Assembly: GCF_001829675.1 (NCBI RefSeq) | Contig: NZ_MIBZ01000065.1 | Source: Sulfurimonas sp. RIFCSPLOWO2_12_36_12 | GTDB lineage: Bacteria; Campylobacterota; Campylobacteria; Campylobacterales; Sulfurimonadaceae | Length of the DNA: 64,000 bases | Direction: 5' to 3' (one strand) | In this document: positions 39,761-48,593 of the stretch, one piece after another | Position numbering within the stretch: the first letter of the stretch is position 1 | Layout: each line of letters starts with the position of its first letter | Position numbers and translations under genes: made by a program | Notes under the pieces: generated by a model | The model's database searches: none | What the model saw: only the letters and a program-made list of their open reading frames with translations | Told to the model about the DNA's origin: nothing

Positions 39761-40171
39761 GTGGGGAAAATGCTATCAAATGTTGCTATATTAGTTGCAA
39801 CACTTGGATTATCGGTAGGTTGTAGTTCGACTTCAGGCGGTTCTGTCGGACCAAGTAAATTAGAGATGGGCGCTCATATCGAAAAAGGTGATGAGTCAAC
39901 ACCTAAAACAGCAATATTTGTTGGTCATCACAAAAGTGAAGATGTTTTAAAAGCTATAAAAAGAGCGGCACTTAAAGAGGGATGGGATGTAACGGAGTAT
40001 AAGAGTGAGGCTGTTATAGTGGAAAAAACTCTTGCTGATAAGACTATCTCTTCAACAATAATCTATCACAATCAACATATCTCAGGTGACAGTGAGCATG
40101 CACCGATGGATGAGTTATTAAAACTTAGACATGCAATTGTAGAAGAGTTGAAAAAAGAAGAAAAACACTAG
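39761..40171 (+). CDS. hypothetical lipoprotein
   Basis: 136 aa, lipobox 'LSVGC', GTG start with AAGGA plus 6 nt. Confidence 0.6.
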   Translation: MGKMLSNVAILVATLGLSVGCSSTSGGSVGPSKLEMGAHIEKGDESTPKTAIFVGHHKSEDVLKAIKRAALKEGWDVTEYKSEAVIVEKTLADKTISSTIIYHNQHISGDSEHAPMDELLKLRHAIVEELKKEEKH

Positions 40172-40186
40172 TCCCTGCCACTATTT

Positions 40187-40219
40187 ATTCTCCAACTTCC
40201 TTAACAAAAGTTGGAGAAT
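40187..40219. terminator. bidirectional 12-bp hairpin between convergent genes
   Basis: 'attctccaactt-ccttaacaa-aagttggagaat'. Confidence 0.55.
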
Positions 40220-40226
40220 GAAATTT

Positions 40227-41039
40227 TTAAATCCCAAAAGTCTCTCTAATCTTCTGCTCAAACTCTTTGTCACCGAGTTGTTTTCTTAGCGGAACAAATG
40301 TTGTAGCTTCGACACCTACGGGAATTGATATATCCGCATTCTCATTTTCAATAATCATTTTTATCGTCTGTGCGATAGGTTCCGGTTTTGGTCCCTCATT
40401 AATCGCCTTTGCAACAATCGGAACAAAGTGAGATACCAAATCTTTGTACGGTGAATTCTCGCTTGTGGTTTGCGCGTTTGCAACTAAACCCTTTTTTACA
40501 AAGTTTGTACCGAAAAGTCCTGATTGAATGGAGTGAACTCTTATACCAAAAGGGAGCGTTTCAAATCTAAGTGAATCAACAATTCCCTCAACCGCATACT
40601 TTGAAGCATTATAATGAGATAAAAGAGGAAGCCCCATTTTGCCCAAAAATGAACTAATGTTAATTATAACTCCGCTCTTCGCCTCTCTCATATATGGAAG
40701 AACTTCTCTTGTTGTTTTGATAAGTCCAAAAACATTTACATCGAACTGGTTGAAAATTTCCTCATCAGTTCCCTCTTCAAGCGTTGCTAAAAGTCCGTAA
40801 CCTGCATTGTTTACAAGCACATCTATTTTACCCTCGTTTTTTATAATCGCAGCAACAGCATTTTTGATGCTATCTGTTTTTGTAACATCTATATAGATAT
40901 GCTTAAGGTTGCCGTTACCGATTTTTACATTTTCATCTCTTGAACCTGCATAAACAATATATCCGTTATCGGATAACAGTTTGGCTGTAAGCTCGCCCAT
41001 TCCCGATGTTGCACCCGTTATTAGGACTACTTTTGACAT
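40227..41039 (-). CDS. SDR-family oxidoreductase
   Basis: 270 aa with 'ITGATSGMG', 'NNAG' and 'YNASKYA'. Confidence 0.9.
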   Translation of the reverse strand: MSKVVLITGATSGMGELTAKLLSDNGYIVYAGSRDENVKIGNGNLKHIYIDVTKTDSIKNAVAAIIKNEGKIDVLVNNAGYGLLATLEEGTDEEIFNQFDVNVFGLIKTTREVLPYMREAKSGVIINISSFLGKMGLPLLSHYNASKYAVEGIVDSLRFETLPFGIRVHSIQSGLFGTNFVKKGLVANAQTTSENSPYKDLVSHFVPIVAKAINEGPKPEPIAQTIKMIIENENADISIPVGVEATTFVPLRKQLGDKEFEQKIRETFGI

Positions 41040-41124
41040 GTTAATTTCCTTTTTTATCTTAGTATTAATGAAATGATTATATCATACGAATAAATAAATA
41101 AAATTGTAAAAGTAGAGAAAAGAG

Positions 41125-42021
41125 ATGGATTTTTTTAAGTATATACATGCGGTTGGAACGGGCGTTAAAGGAAACAGAGATTTGACTTTTGAAGAGTCAA
41201 AAACAATGATGGAAGAGATTTTAAAGCAAGAAGTTCATAATGAACAAATAGCCGCATTTTTGCTTGGATGGAGACTTAAGCCTGAGACAACCGATGAGTT
41301 TAGAGGAGTTGTGGAAGCGAGCGATTTGTTTATCAAAAGAACGGCTGTGCCAAACTCAATTGAGCTTGGTTATCCGTTTGACGGCAAGGCAAATAACCCT
41401 TTTATATTTCCGCTTGTTGCCAAAGTGCTTGAGAATTCAGAACTGAATCTTGTCGTAGTAGGCGATGATTTGGCGCCGGCAAAAGCAGGTATAACTCTGA
41501 AAGAAGTAGCAACAAATATAGAGCTAAATAAAAATATTCACTATTTTGACAGAGCAGATTTTTTTAAAGAGATGCATTATTTAACACCGCTTCGCATGAG
41601 GCTAGGTCTTAGAACAGGTCTTAATACGATTGAGAAATTAACACGCGTAGCAAATAGTGAATTTGCTATAACTGGTGTTTTTCATAAACCGTATGTAAAA
41701 AAATATGTAGAAGTTTTTGCAGACAGATATAAAAGATTTGCACTTATTCAAGGAAACGAAGGCACTCCAGAGCTTTTTAGCAAAGGCCGTTTATGGATTG
41801 CAAACGGCAGCGATGTCGAAGAGTTTATAGTTGACCCAGCCCACTATGGTATAAATTACACAAAATCTTGGGAAAAAATTACCATAGAAGAGTCAATAGA
41901 ACAATTAAATAATCCCTCAAACGAATTTTTAAAACTGGCACGACTTAATGCGGCTGTTTTTCTTTTTGTTGCGCAAAAAGCCTCTAGCATAGACGAAGCT
42001 TACGAAAAACTAAATGGATAA
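41125..42021 (+). CDS. TrpD-like (anthranilate phosphoribosyltransferase family / TrpD2-YbiB-like) protein
   Basis: 298 aa. N-terminal helical 'LT.EES...M..IL.......QIAAFL...R.K.ET..E' is typical of the glycosyl transferase family 3 N-domain. Shorter than a bona fide TrpD. Confidence 0.55.
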   Translation: MDFFKYIHAVGTGVKGNRDLTFEESKTMMEEILKQEVHNEQIAAFLLGWRLKPETTDEFRGVVEASDLFIKRTAVPNSIELGYPFDGKANNPFIFPLVAKVLENSELNLVVVGDDLAPAKAGITLKEVATNIELNKNIHYFDRADFFKEMHYLTPLRMRLGLRTGLNTIEKLTRVANSEFAITGVFHKPYVKKYVEVFADRYKRFALIQGNEGTPELFSKGRLWIANGSDVEEFIVDPAHYGINYTKSWEKITIEESIEQLNNPSNEFLKLARLNAAVFLFVAQKASSIDEAYEKLNG

Positions 42022-43219
42022 ATTCTCCAGCCATGTAAAAAATATCTTGCATGGCTTCTTTTTGGCAATAGGTACAACCATTGCCGAGCCATCAACTATT
42101 TTACCGCTTATTGTAAACTACTTCGGCGGAAGCTCTATGCTTGTAGGACTGTTTGCTGCACTTCTTCGGGGCGGAGCCGTGATAGTACAGCTTTTTGCGG
42201 CTTTTCACGCACAGAGCTACAAGCTTATGATGCCGTATCTTCGCAGAATCTTCTTTGTAAGATTTTTATCATGGTTTTTTATCGGTGCCGCAATTCTTCT
42301 TTTTGGCAAAGATTATCCGAATATTACGCTTGCTTCTATCGGTTTTGGGCTATTTATCTTCTCATTTAGCGCGGGTTTTGCCGCGATATATTTTAGGGAG
42401 ATTATGGCAAAGATTTTTAGTCATAAATTTCGCGGCAAAACTATGGCATATCGTCAGTTTTTCAGCGGTGCCGGCGGTCTTTTGAGCGGTGCGCTTGCTG
42501 CTTGGATACTGGAGTCGTTTGATGCACCTCAGAGTTATGGATACCTCTTTATAATAAGCTCGTTTATTATGGCTCTAGGATATATAGCGTTTGCATTAGT
42601 TGATGAGCCTATAAAAGAGGAGGTTTCCAAAAAAGAGCGCTCGTTTAAAGAGTTTTTGAAGAATTCGTATGCGATTTTAAGGGCAGATAAAAACCTGCAA
42701 ATTCAAGTTACGACTTTTCTTTTGGCATATGGATACTTAATCGCGCTGCCGTTTATAATACTCGATGCCCAGCAAAAAATAGAGCTTGACGGTGTTGCAA
42801 TCGGTTCTTTGATTACTATTCAGATGGTAGGAGCAATGCTTAGTAACTTTTTATGGGGCACTCTTAGCGGAAATGGGCGAAATAGATTAACTGCAAAACT
42901 CTCTATATTTTTCCAGATAGTTGCCATTATTTTAGCTTTTAACGGCTCTTCTCTTTATGAGTATATGATTATCTTCTTTTTGGTCGGTGCTTCAATGGAC
43001 GGCAGCCGCATAGCGTCCAGCAACTTAATACTGAAGATTGCTCCTGTTGAAAAAAGACCGGTTTACATTGCCCTTCAGATGAATATCGTCTCTTTGGGAA
43101 TGTTTTTCTCGATTATAGGGGGTGTTATTTTGCACTACCTAAACTATACGGTTCTCTACAGCAGTGCGATTTTAATGCTTCTTGGGGCACTTTACTTGTC
43201 TTTTAAATTAAGAGACTGA
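42014..43219 (+). CDS. MFS-type transporter
   Basis: 401 aa, about 12 TM. Overlaps the TrpD-like gene by 8 nt. Confidence 0.7.
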   Translation: MDKFSSHVKNILHGFFLAIGTTIAEPSTILPLIVNYFGGSSMLVGLFAALLRGGAVIVQLFAAFHAQSYKLMMPYLRRIFFVRFLSWFFIGAAILLFGKDYPNITLASIGFGLFIFSFSAGFAAIYFREIMAKIFSHKFRGKTMAYRQFFSGAGGLLSGALAAWILESFDAPQSYGYLFIISSFIMALGYIAFALVDEPIKEEVSKKERSFKEFLKNSYAILRADKNLQIQVTTFLLAYGYLIALPFIILDAQQKIELDGVAIGSLITIQMVGAMLSNFLWGTLSGNGRNRLTAKLSIFFQIVAIILAFNGSSLYEYMIIFFLVGASMDGSRIASSNLILKIAPVEKRPVYIALQMNIVSLGMFFSIIGGVILHYLNYTVLYSSAILMLLGALYLSFKLRD

Positions 43220-43256
43220 TTTATAAAACTTTGTAAATCTCCAGCATTTATGCTGG

Positions 43257-43328
43257 TAGCTTTAGGGGGATGCAAGGGACAAATTTGTCCCTGCCACATA
43301 AAACGGACGCGTCCGTTTTAGTGCGTAA
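43257..43328. repeat. double-hairpin intergenic repeat, copy B
   Basis: 'tagctttagggggatgcaagggacaaatttgtccctgccacataaaacggacgcgtccgttttagtgcgtaa'. Preceded by another hairpin, 'ccagca-ttta-tgctgg', at 43241-43256. Confidence 0.8.
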
Positions 43329-43335
43329 AATAATT

Positions 43336-43713
43336 TTAAAGTCCGTAAAATCTCTTAACAAAATCTCGCTCTTTTTCTGTTTCAATGAAGATTCTGGCAA
43401 CAGTTTGATTGTTTTCGCCAAGTATAAGAACTTCATTATTTTCAATACTTAGATGCTCTTTTCCCCACTTTTTGTCTAGCTCATCTACTCTGTGAAAAAA
43501 CTCTTGAGAGCTTGGGCTCTCTTTTTCTCCATTTCGTTTATCTATGATTGTTAATCCGCCAACTTTTTTCTCAACTATATATGGACTGTAAACTTTTATA
43601 GCCGTATATATGCGATCCTCTTTTGCCTCCGGCATCGCTCGTTTCATAGAGAGCATCCCCAAAACCAAAAAGGCTGTAAAAAACCCAAATATTAAAGCTT
43701 TCTTCATATTCAT
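43336..43713 (-). CDS. membrane-anchored hypothetical protein coupled to the sirC-like gene
   Basis: 125 aa with one N-terminal TM. ATGA overlap with the upstream sirC-like stop. Confidence 0.55.
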   Translation of the reverse strand: MNMKKALIFGFFTAFLVLGMLSMKRAMPEAKEDRIYTAIKVYSPYIVEKKVGGLTIIDKRNGEKESPSSQEFFHRVDELDKKWGKEHLSIENNEVLILGENNQTVARIFIETEKERDFVKRFYGL

Positions 43714-44279
43714 TTACTACTCCATGTATTTATATAATCGTGTGCTTTTTTATCAAGCATTTTCATTCGCTCCTTGCCTTTTGGCAAGGTTTTTCTTAAC
43801 TCTTTCATCTCTTGCAAAAATTCACCGATGCTAGAGGGAATTAACTCTTGAAGATATTTTCTTAAATGTTTTGCAACTGCCGGAGATGCCCCGGATGTAG
43901 AAACTGCAATTGTCAAATCACCTTTTTTAATATATGATGGAAAAATAAAGTCGCAATAATCTACAGAATCGACAGAGTTGCAAAGACAATTATACTCTTT
44001 GGACTCTGCAAATATCCGTGCCTGAAGAGGGATATCATCAACCGCAACTATAACAATTGCAAAATCTTTGATGTCGCCTTTTTGGTAGCCTCTTTTTTCA
44101 AAATTAAGACTCTTTTCTTCAATAACTCTCTTCATATTATCTGAAAGTTCGAGCGCTATTATGGAGATGTTTGAACTAAAATCTAAAAGATGTTCCAACT
44201 TCTCATAAGCAATATAACCACCGCCGACGATTAGGATTTTTTTATTGTCAAGTTTTAGGAAAGCCGGAAAATAACTCAT
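43710..44279 (-). CDS. precorrin-2 dehydrogenase / sirohydrochlorin ferrochelatase (CysG N-terminal / SirC / Met8-like)
   Basis: 'FPAFLKL..KKILIVGGG.IA..K...LL' is the family's classic N-terminus. Start set to ATG 44277-44279. Confidence 0.8.
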   Translation of the reverse strand: MSYFPAFLKLDNKKILIVGGGYIAYEKLEHLLDFSSNISIIALELSDNMKRVIEEKSLNFEKRGYQKGDIKDFAIVIVAVDDIPLQARIFAESKEYNCLCNSVDSVDYCDFIFPSYIKKGDLTIAVSTSGASPAVAKHLRKYLQELIPSSIGEFLQEMKELRKTLPKGKERMKMLDKKAHDYINTWSSK

Positions 44280-44419
44280 CTGTCTCTTTTTGTCTATTTT
44301 TCTACGACATAATATCATAGTTTTTTGAAAACTCTTATTGATAGAAATCAACTTGGATTAATTGAAATTAGATTACAATCGACAAAATAAAAATAAAAAA
44401 ATGAATGGAATAATAATAG

Positions 44420-45418
44420 ATGAAAGACGAAATTTTATCACGAATTCAGAAGAAATTTCCTTTGGTTGCAAGACCGTTTAAAGTGATAGCAGATGAGTTA
44501 GATATGAGTGAAGATGAGGTTCTTAGCATTTTACAAGAGCAGAAAAAAAGCAATATTATACGCCAAACATCGGCAATATTCGATACAAAAAGGTTGGGTT
44601 ATGTATCCTCCTTGGTAGCATTTAAAATTCCATCAGACAAAATAAGCGATGCCGTAAAAATTATAAATTCTCATCCTGGAATATCGCATAATTATGAGAG
44701 AAACCATGATTTTAATATCTGGTTTACCGTTGCAGTCTCTCCAACATCTGTACTTGGCCTTGAAAAAACAGTTGAAATTTTGGCAAAAGCTACAGGAGCG
44801 GAGGATTACATTATGCTTCCGACACTCAAACTGTTTAAAATAAATGTAAAGCTAAATACGACCGGAAACGATGAGAAAAAAGAGCATGTTAAAAAAGTTG
44901 TGCATACTGAAATAGAGATGACTCCTCTTCATCATGCAATTGTAAGACGCACCCAATACGATATAGAGATGGTAGGTGAGCCGTTTAAAAAGATTGTTGA
45001 TGAGCTAAATATTGATTACGATACATTTTTTAGCATTTTAAATGAACTCCAAGAAGCGGGTGTAATGAGAAGATTTGCTTCAATTCTTAATCATAGAAAA
45101 GCAGGTTTTGGCGCAAATGCGATGGTTGTTTGGGATGTTGATGAAGAAAAAGGAGAAGCAATAGGGGAAAAAGCTGCTACATTTAGTGCAGTAAGCCACT
45201 GCTATCTTCGCCCAAAATATGCAAATTGGCCATATAATCTTTTTACAATGGTTCATGGCAAGAGTACTGAAGAGACAAATGGCATTATCGCAGAGATGGC
45301 TTCAGAGATAGAGTCGAAAAAACATATGCCTCTTTATAGCTCAAGAGAGTTTAAAAAAGTGCGCATTGAGTACTTTACGCCTGAGTTTGAAGCTTGGGAA
45401 GAAAAATATAGTATATAA
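44420..45418 (+). CDS. fused Lrp/AsnC-like siroheme decarboxylase subunit pair (NirD-NirL / AhbA-AhbB type)
   Basis: 332 aa made of two tandem halves. Each half has an N-terminal wHTH ('L...Q..FPL..RPF..IA.EL..SE.EV') and a C-terminal 'SHCY.R' / 'SHNYER'-type module. Confidence 0.75.
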   Translation: MKDEILSRIQKKFPLVARPFKVIADELDMSEDEVLSILQEQKKSNIIRQTSAIFDTKRLGYVSSLVAFKIPSDKISDAVKIINSHPGISHNYERNHDFNIWFTVAVSPTSVLGLEKTVEILAKATGAEDYIMLPTLKLFKINVKLNTTGNDEKKEHVKKVVHTEIEMTPLHHAIVRRTQYDIEMVGEPFKKIVDELNIDYDTFFSILNELQEAGVMRRFASILNHRKAGFGANAMVVWDVDEEKGEAIGEKAATFSAVSHCYLRPKYANWPYNLFTMVHGKSTEETNGIIAEMASEIESKKHMPLYSSREFKKVRIEYFTPEFEAWEEKYSI

Positions 45419-45498
45419 TTGACACATAAGTGTCAAGCTTTAGTGCCATAGCGGCCAGCGAAGTAAAAGGGACTTTGTTCCTTTTACGGATAAGTAAG

Positions 45499-45522
45499 TG
45501 AAGGGTTTCCTTCATTTTATTT
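45499..45522 (+). terminator. Rho-independent terminator after the nirDL-like gene
   Basis: 'tgaagg-gttt-ccttca' followed by 'ttttatttta'. Preceded by a second 10-bp hairpin, 'gtaaaaggga-ctttg-ttccttttac'. Confidence 0.5.
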
Positions 45523-45542
45523 TATAAAATTAAGGAGTGGCC

Positions 45543-45962
45543 ATGGAACTTTTTTTTGAATTAGAGATAGTCTATATAGTTATAGGTATTTTTATACTGA
45601 GCATAACCGCAATTGTAACAACAAGAGATTTTGTGCCAAAGGGCGCATTTAAAAAAGGGATGATAGGCGTTGGCACATTTGTCGTGATTATGATAGCTCT
45701 TCACTACAATGTAACAACATCAAGAATGGAAGGGGTTGAAGAGATGTTCAACTCCGGTAAAGAGATAATTTGTGAAAACAAGATGAAAAGAACTGTCGCA
45801 AGATCTGTAATTTTGTCTAAAGAGTTAGGCTGGAGAGTTGAGGATCATTTATTTAAAAATAGTGATTATGAGAGGGATTTTCATACTTCAAGATGTATTG
45901 AGTGGACCAATAGCAATCTTAAGCTAGAAGAAGAAGAAAAGCAAAAAAAAGAGACAAAGTAG
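45543..45962 (+). CDS. 2-TM hypothetical membrane protein
   Basis: Track ORF is 45537..45962. The ATG at 45543 has AGGAG plus 5 nt. The C-terminus is charged. Confidence 0.5.
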   Translation: MELFFELEIVYIVIGIFILSITAIVTTRDFVPKGAFKKGMIGVGTFVVIMIALHYNVTTSRMEGVEEMFNSGKEIICENKMKRTVARSVILSKELGWRVEDHLFKNSDYERDFHTSRCIEWTNSNLKLEEEEKQKKETK

Positions 45963-46124
45963 ATGATGGCAATATTTAAGCGGTATTCGTTAGCGATGTT
46001 TTTTTTACTGCTGATTTGCGGATTGATGGTGCTTGCGACTATAGGTGTTAAATCTTTTAGCGATAAAATGGTCAAAGATGCCGGAATTGTAGTAGAGCCA
46101 AAAGAGGAGCCTTTAACAAAATGA
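45963..46124 (+). CDS. unannotated 53-aa single-TM protein
   Basis: Own translation: MMAIFKRYSLAMFFLLLICGLMVLATIGVKSFSDKMVKDAGIVVEPKEEPLTK. It starts directly after the upstream TAG, and its TGA overlaps the next ATG (ATGA). Confidence 0.45.
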   Translation: MMAIFKRYSLAMFFLLLICGLMVLATIGVKSFSDKMVKDAGIVVEPKEEPLTK

Positions 46125-46414
46125 GTCTAACTGTTATACTAATAATTGCCATAGCTTTAAGTCTTGCTTTTCACTTTGTCGGTGTTTATGCCGGTGCGAA
46201 AAAAACTGTTTGGGTTATGCTTGTTTTTGTATGGGCGATTGTTGTAGGCACTGCGATGAATGAGATTAAACCTGCCGGATACAAAGATATTGAGAAGATG
46301 AAGGGTCAGTTTAGCGACACCGATAAACTCATAGAAGAAGCAGGAGAGGAAGTCTCACTCTATGAGATGATAACAATTAAGAAAAGCTATCAAACAAACA
46401 AACCTAAGCAATGA
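46121..46414 (+). CDS. 2-TM hypothetical membrane protein
   Basis: 97 aa, coupled on both sides by 4-nt overlaps. Confidence 0.55.
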   Translation: MSLTVILIIAIALSLAFHFVGVYAGAKKTVWVMLVFVWAIVVGTAMNEIKPAGYKDIEKMKGQFSDTDKLIEEAGEEVSLYEMITIKKSYQTNKPKQ

Positions 46415-47106
46415 ACAAAACAAAGAGTGTCAGTATTATCGGATGTGGTTGGCTAGGCAAACCGCTTTCTGATGAGCTTTCTAAAAATCTACATGTAGAG
46501 TGTTTTTCCAGACAAACTACCCACGACAACTCCCCCTTTTGGCAGAGCGATATTGTTATAATCGCAATAAACACAAAAGACAACTATCTAGAAACACTTA
46601 AAAAAATAGCCACTTTAACCAAACCAGCATCTAATATCATTTTAATGAGCTCAATATCCATCTATAGAGAGTTTGATGAAGAGGTAGATGAGAGTTTTGA
46701 AATCACCAAACCATCGCTTATAAAAGAGGCCGAAGAGTTAGTTCTTAGCTTAAGGGATAATGTCATTATTTTAAGACTTGGCGGGCTTATGGGGGATGAC
46801 AGAGTTGCCGGAAAATGGAAGAGTGCGACTGATTTCAGTGACGGTTATGTAAACTATATTCACAAAGACGATGTTATAAATATTGTAAAAAATATAATTG
46901 AAAATATTGTACATATCGGCATATACAACGCAGTAGCGCCACAGCATCCGACAAGAGAAGAGGTTCATATAAAAAACAGCCAAAAGTTTGGTTATGACAT
47001 TGGGAATTTTAATGGATTCTCTAATCGCATCGTTTCGTCAGATAAGCTGATTGAAGAGTTAAATTATACTTTTTTACACCCTAATCCGCTTGAATTTTGG
47101 GATTAA
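46411..47106 (+). CDS. NAD(P)-binding Rossmann-fold protein (atypical SDR / epimerase-like)
   Basis: 231 aa with N-terminal 'VSIIGCGWLGKPL' and 'RLGGLMG'. Confidence 0.55.
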   Translation: MNKTKSVSIIGCGWLGKPLSDELSKNLHVECFSRQTTHDNSPFWQSDIVIIAINTKDNYLETLKKIATLTKPASNIILMSSISIYREFDEEVDESFEITKPSLIKEAEELVLSLRDNVIILRLGGLMGDDRVAGKWKSATDFSDGYVNYIHKDDVINIVKNIIENIVHIGIYNAVAPQHPTREEVHIKNSQKFGYDIGNFNGFSNRIVSSDKLIEELNYTFLHPNPLEFWD

Positions 47107-47297
47107 TGACTTTTTGCCAAAGCCGCAAAATCAATCTCCTCTTTTTCCTTATCAGCAGCTTTTTTATCCTCTTCAAAACTGCCTGTGCTAAAAGTATATT
47201 CGCTGCTCTTTAGTATGCACCCCCTCATTCCCGGAACGCACTCTTTTTTAACAAGCTTGCAGTAACCCTTATAATCATGTTGGCAAGTCCAACCCAT
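47103..47297 (-). CDS. small Cys-rich protein
   Basis: 64 aa from ATG 47295-47297, with a GGAGG RBS. Sequence 'MGWTCQHDYKGYCKLVKKECVPGMRGCILK' carries 4 Cys, followed by an acidic tail. Confidence 0.5.
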   Translation of the reverse strand: MGWTCQHDYKGYCKLVKKECVPGMRGCILKSSEYTFSTGSFEEDKKAADKEKEEIDFAALAKSH

Positions 47298-47366
47298 AAT
47301 AAGCCTCCGTTTAGAAAATAATAATGAATTATGATACAATTTTTTAAACAAATAACTAGGGAAATT

Positions 47367-48593
47367 ATGAATTACAAAGTATTAGATGTTTCAAGCGTAG
47401 TTGAGTATATATTAAACATCAAAAGTGTTATGAACTATTTTGGCTCTGATGATATAAGAGCTGAGGAGATAGGCGACGGAAATTTAAACTATGTTTACAG
47501 GTTAAGTTCTGTGTTAAATCCGCAAAAAGTTCTTATTGTTAAACAAGCAGTGCCATATCTTAGATGCGTAGGCGAAGATTTCCTGCTTAGCAGGGAGAGA
47601 ATGACCTATGAAATAAGGGCTTTGCAAAAATTTTATACTATATGTCCAAGTTTTGTGCCTAAGATTTACTATGCAAGCCAAGAGATGAGTTTGGTTGTTA
47701 TGGAGTATTTGGGCAATCATATTATTATGAGAAAAGGGCTTATAAATAGCGTAAAGTATAAGAATTTTAGCGACCACATCTCAACATATATGGCGGCTAC
47801 GCTTTTTTACACATCATCTTTATATCTTAGCAGCAGTGACAAAAGAGAGCTCATGGATAAGTTTAATGGCAATACCGAGCTATGCAAGTTGAGCGAGGAT
47901 TTGGTTTTTAGTTTTGCTTTTATGGAGCATGAAACCAACGACAATGAGAATGTAAAAGATAATCCAGAAGCAGAAAAATTATTTGCGGATATGGAGTTTA
48001 AAGAGAGGGTTTTAGAGCTTAAATATAAGTTTATGACTCAAAGCGACGCGCTTCTTCACGGGGATTTGCATACGGGCTCGATTATGATTAATGAAAAAGA
48101 GACCTATGTTATAGACCCTGAATTTGCATTTGTCGGTCCGTTTGGTTTTGATGTCGGGGCGCTTTTGGCAAACTTAGTAAACAACTATATTCATCATAGT
48201 GTTGTTACAAAAGATGAGGATTTTAAAGAGTGGCTTCTTTTAACCATAAAAGAGGTTTTGGAGAAGTTTAGTGCGGAGTTTTTAAATTTTTGGAATCAAA
48301 ACAAAAATTCCGCACTGCTTGTTGACGGTTATCTGGATGAGAGCGCACTTCAAAACTTCAAAAAGAGATTTATAAAAAATATTATAAGAGATAGTGTTGG
48401 CTTTGCCGGTTGCAAGATGGCAAGAAGGGTTTACGGTGTTGCAGGGGTTGAAGAGATAAGAGGGATTGAAGATAAAATTCTAAGAGCCGAAGCGGAAAAA
48501 ACGGCTCTGAAAATTGCAAGAGAGTTCGTAATAAAGCACGATAAAATAGAGAGTGTAGATGAGATATTGGAGATTATGAAAAATGCAGGGTAA
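47367..48593 (+). CDS. mtnK: S-methyl-5-thioribose kinase
   Basis: 'EEIGDGNLNYVYR' and 'LLHGDLHTGSIM' are MtnK hallmarks. Start set to ATG 47367. Confidence 0.9.
   Translation: MNYKVLDVSSVVEYILNIKSVMNYFGSDDIRAEEIGDGNLNYVYRLSSVLNPQKVLIVKQAVPYLRCVGEDFLLSRERMTYEIRALQKFYTICPSFVPKIYYASQEMSLVVMEYLGNHIIMRKGLINSVKYKNFSDHISTYMAATLFYTSSLYLSSSDKRELMDKFNGNTELCKLSEDLVFSFAFMEHETNDNENVKDNPEAEKLFADMEFKERVLELKYKFMTQSDALLHGDLHTGSIMINEKETYVIDPEFAFVGPFGFDVGALLANLVNNYIHHSVVTKDEDFKEWLLLTIKEVLEKFSAEFLNFWNQNKNSALLVDGYLDESALQNFKKRFIKNIIRDSVGFAGCKMARRVYGVAGVEEIRGIEDKILRAEAEKTALKIAREFVIKHDKIESVDEILEIMKNAG

Noticed and set aside
43248-43452. Two overlapping 60-65-aa ORFs on both strands
   Set aside because: Both run through double-hairpin repeat copy B and the 3' end of the 125-aa gene. 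They are artefacts of an open frame in repeat DNA.
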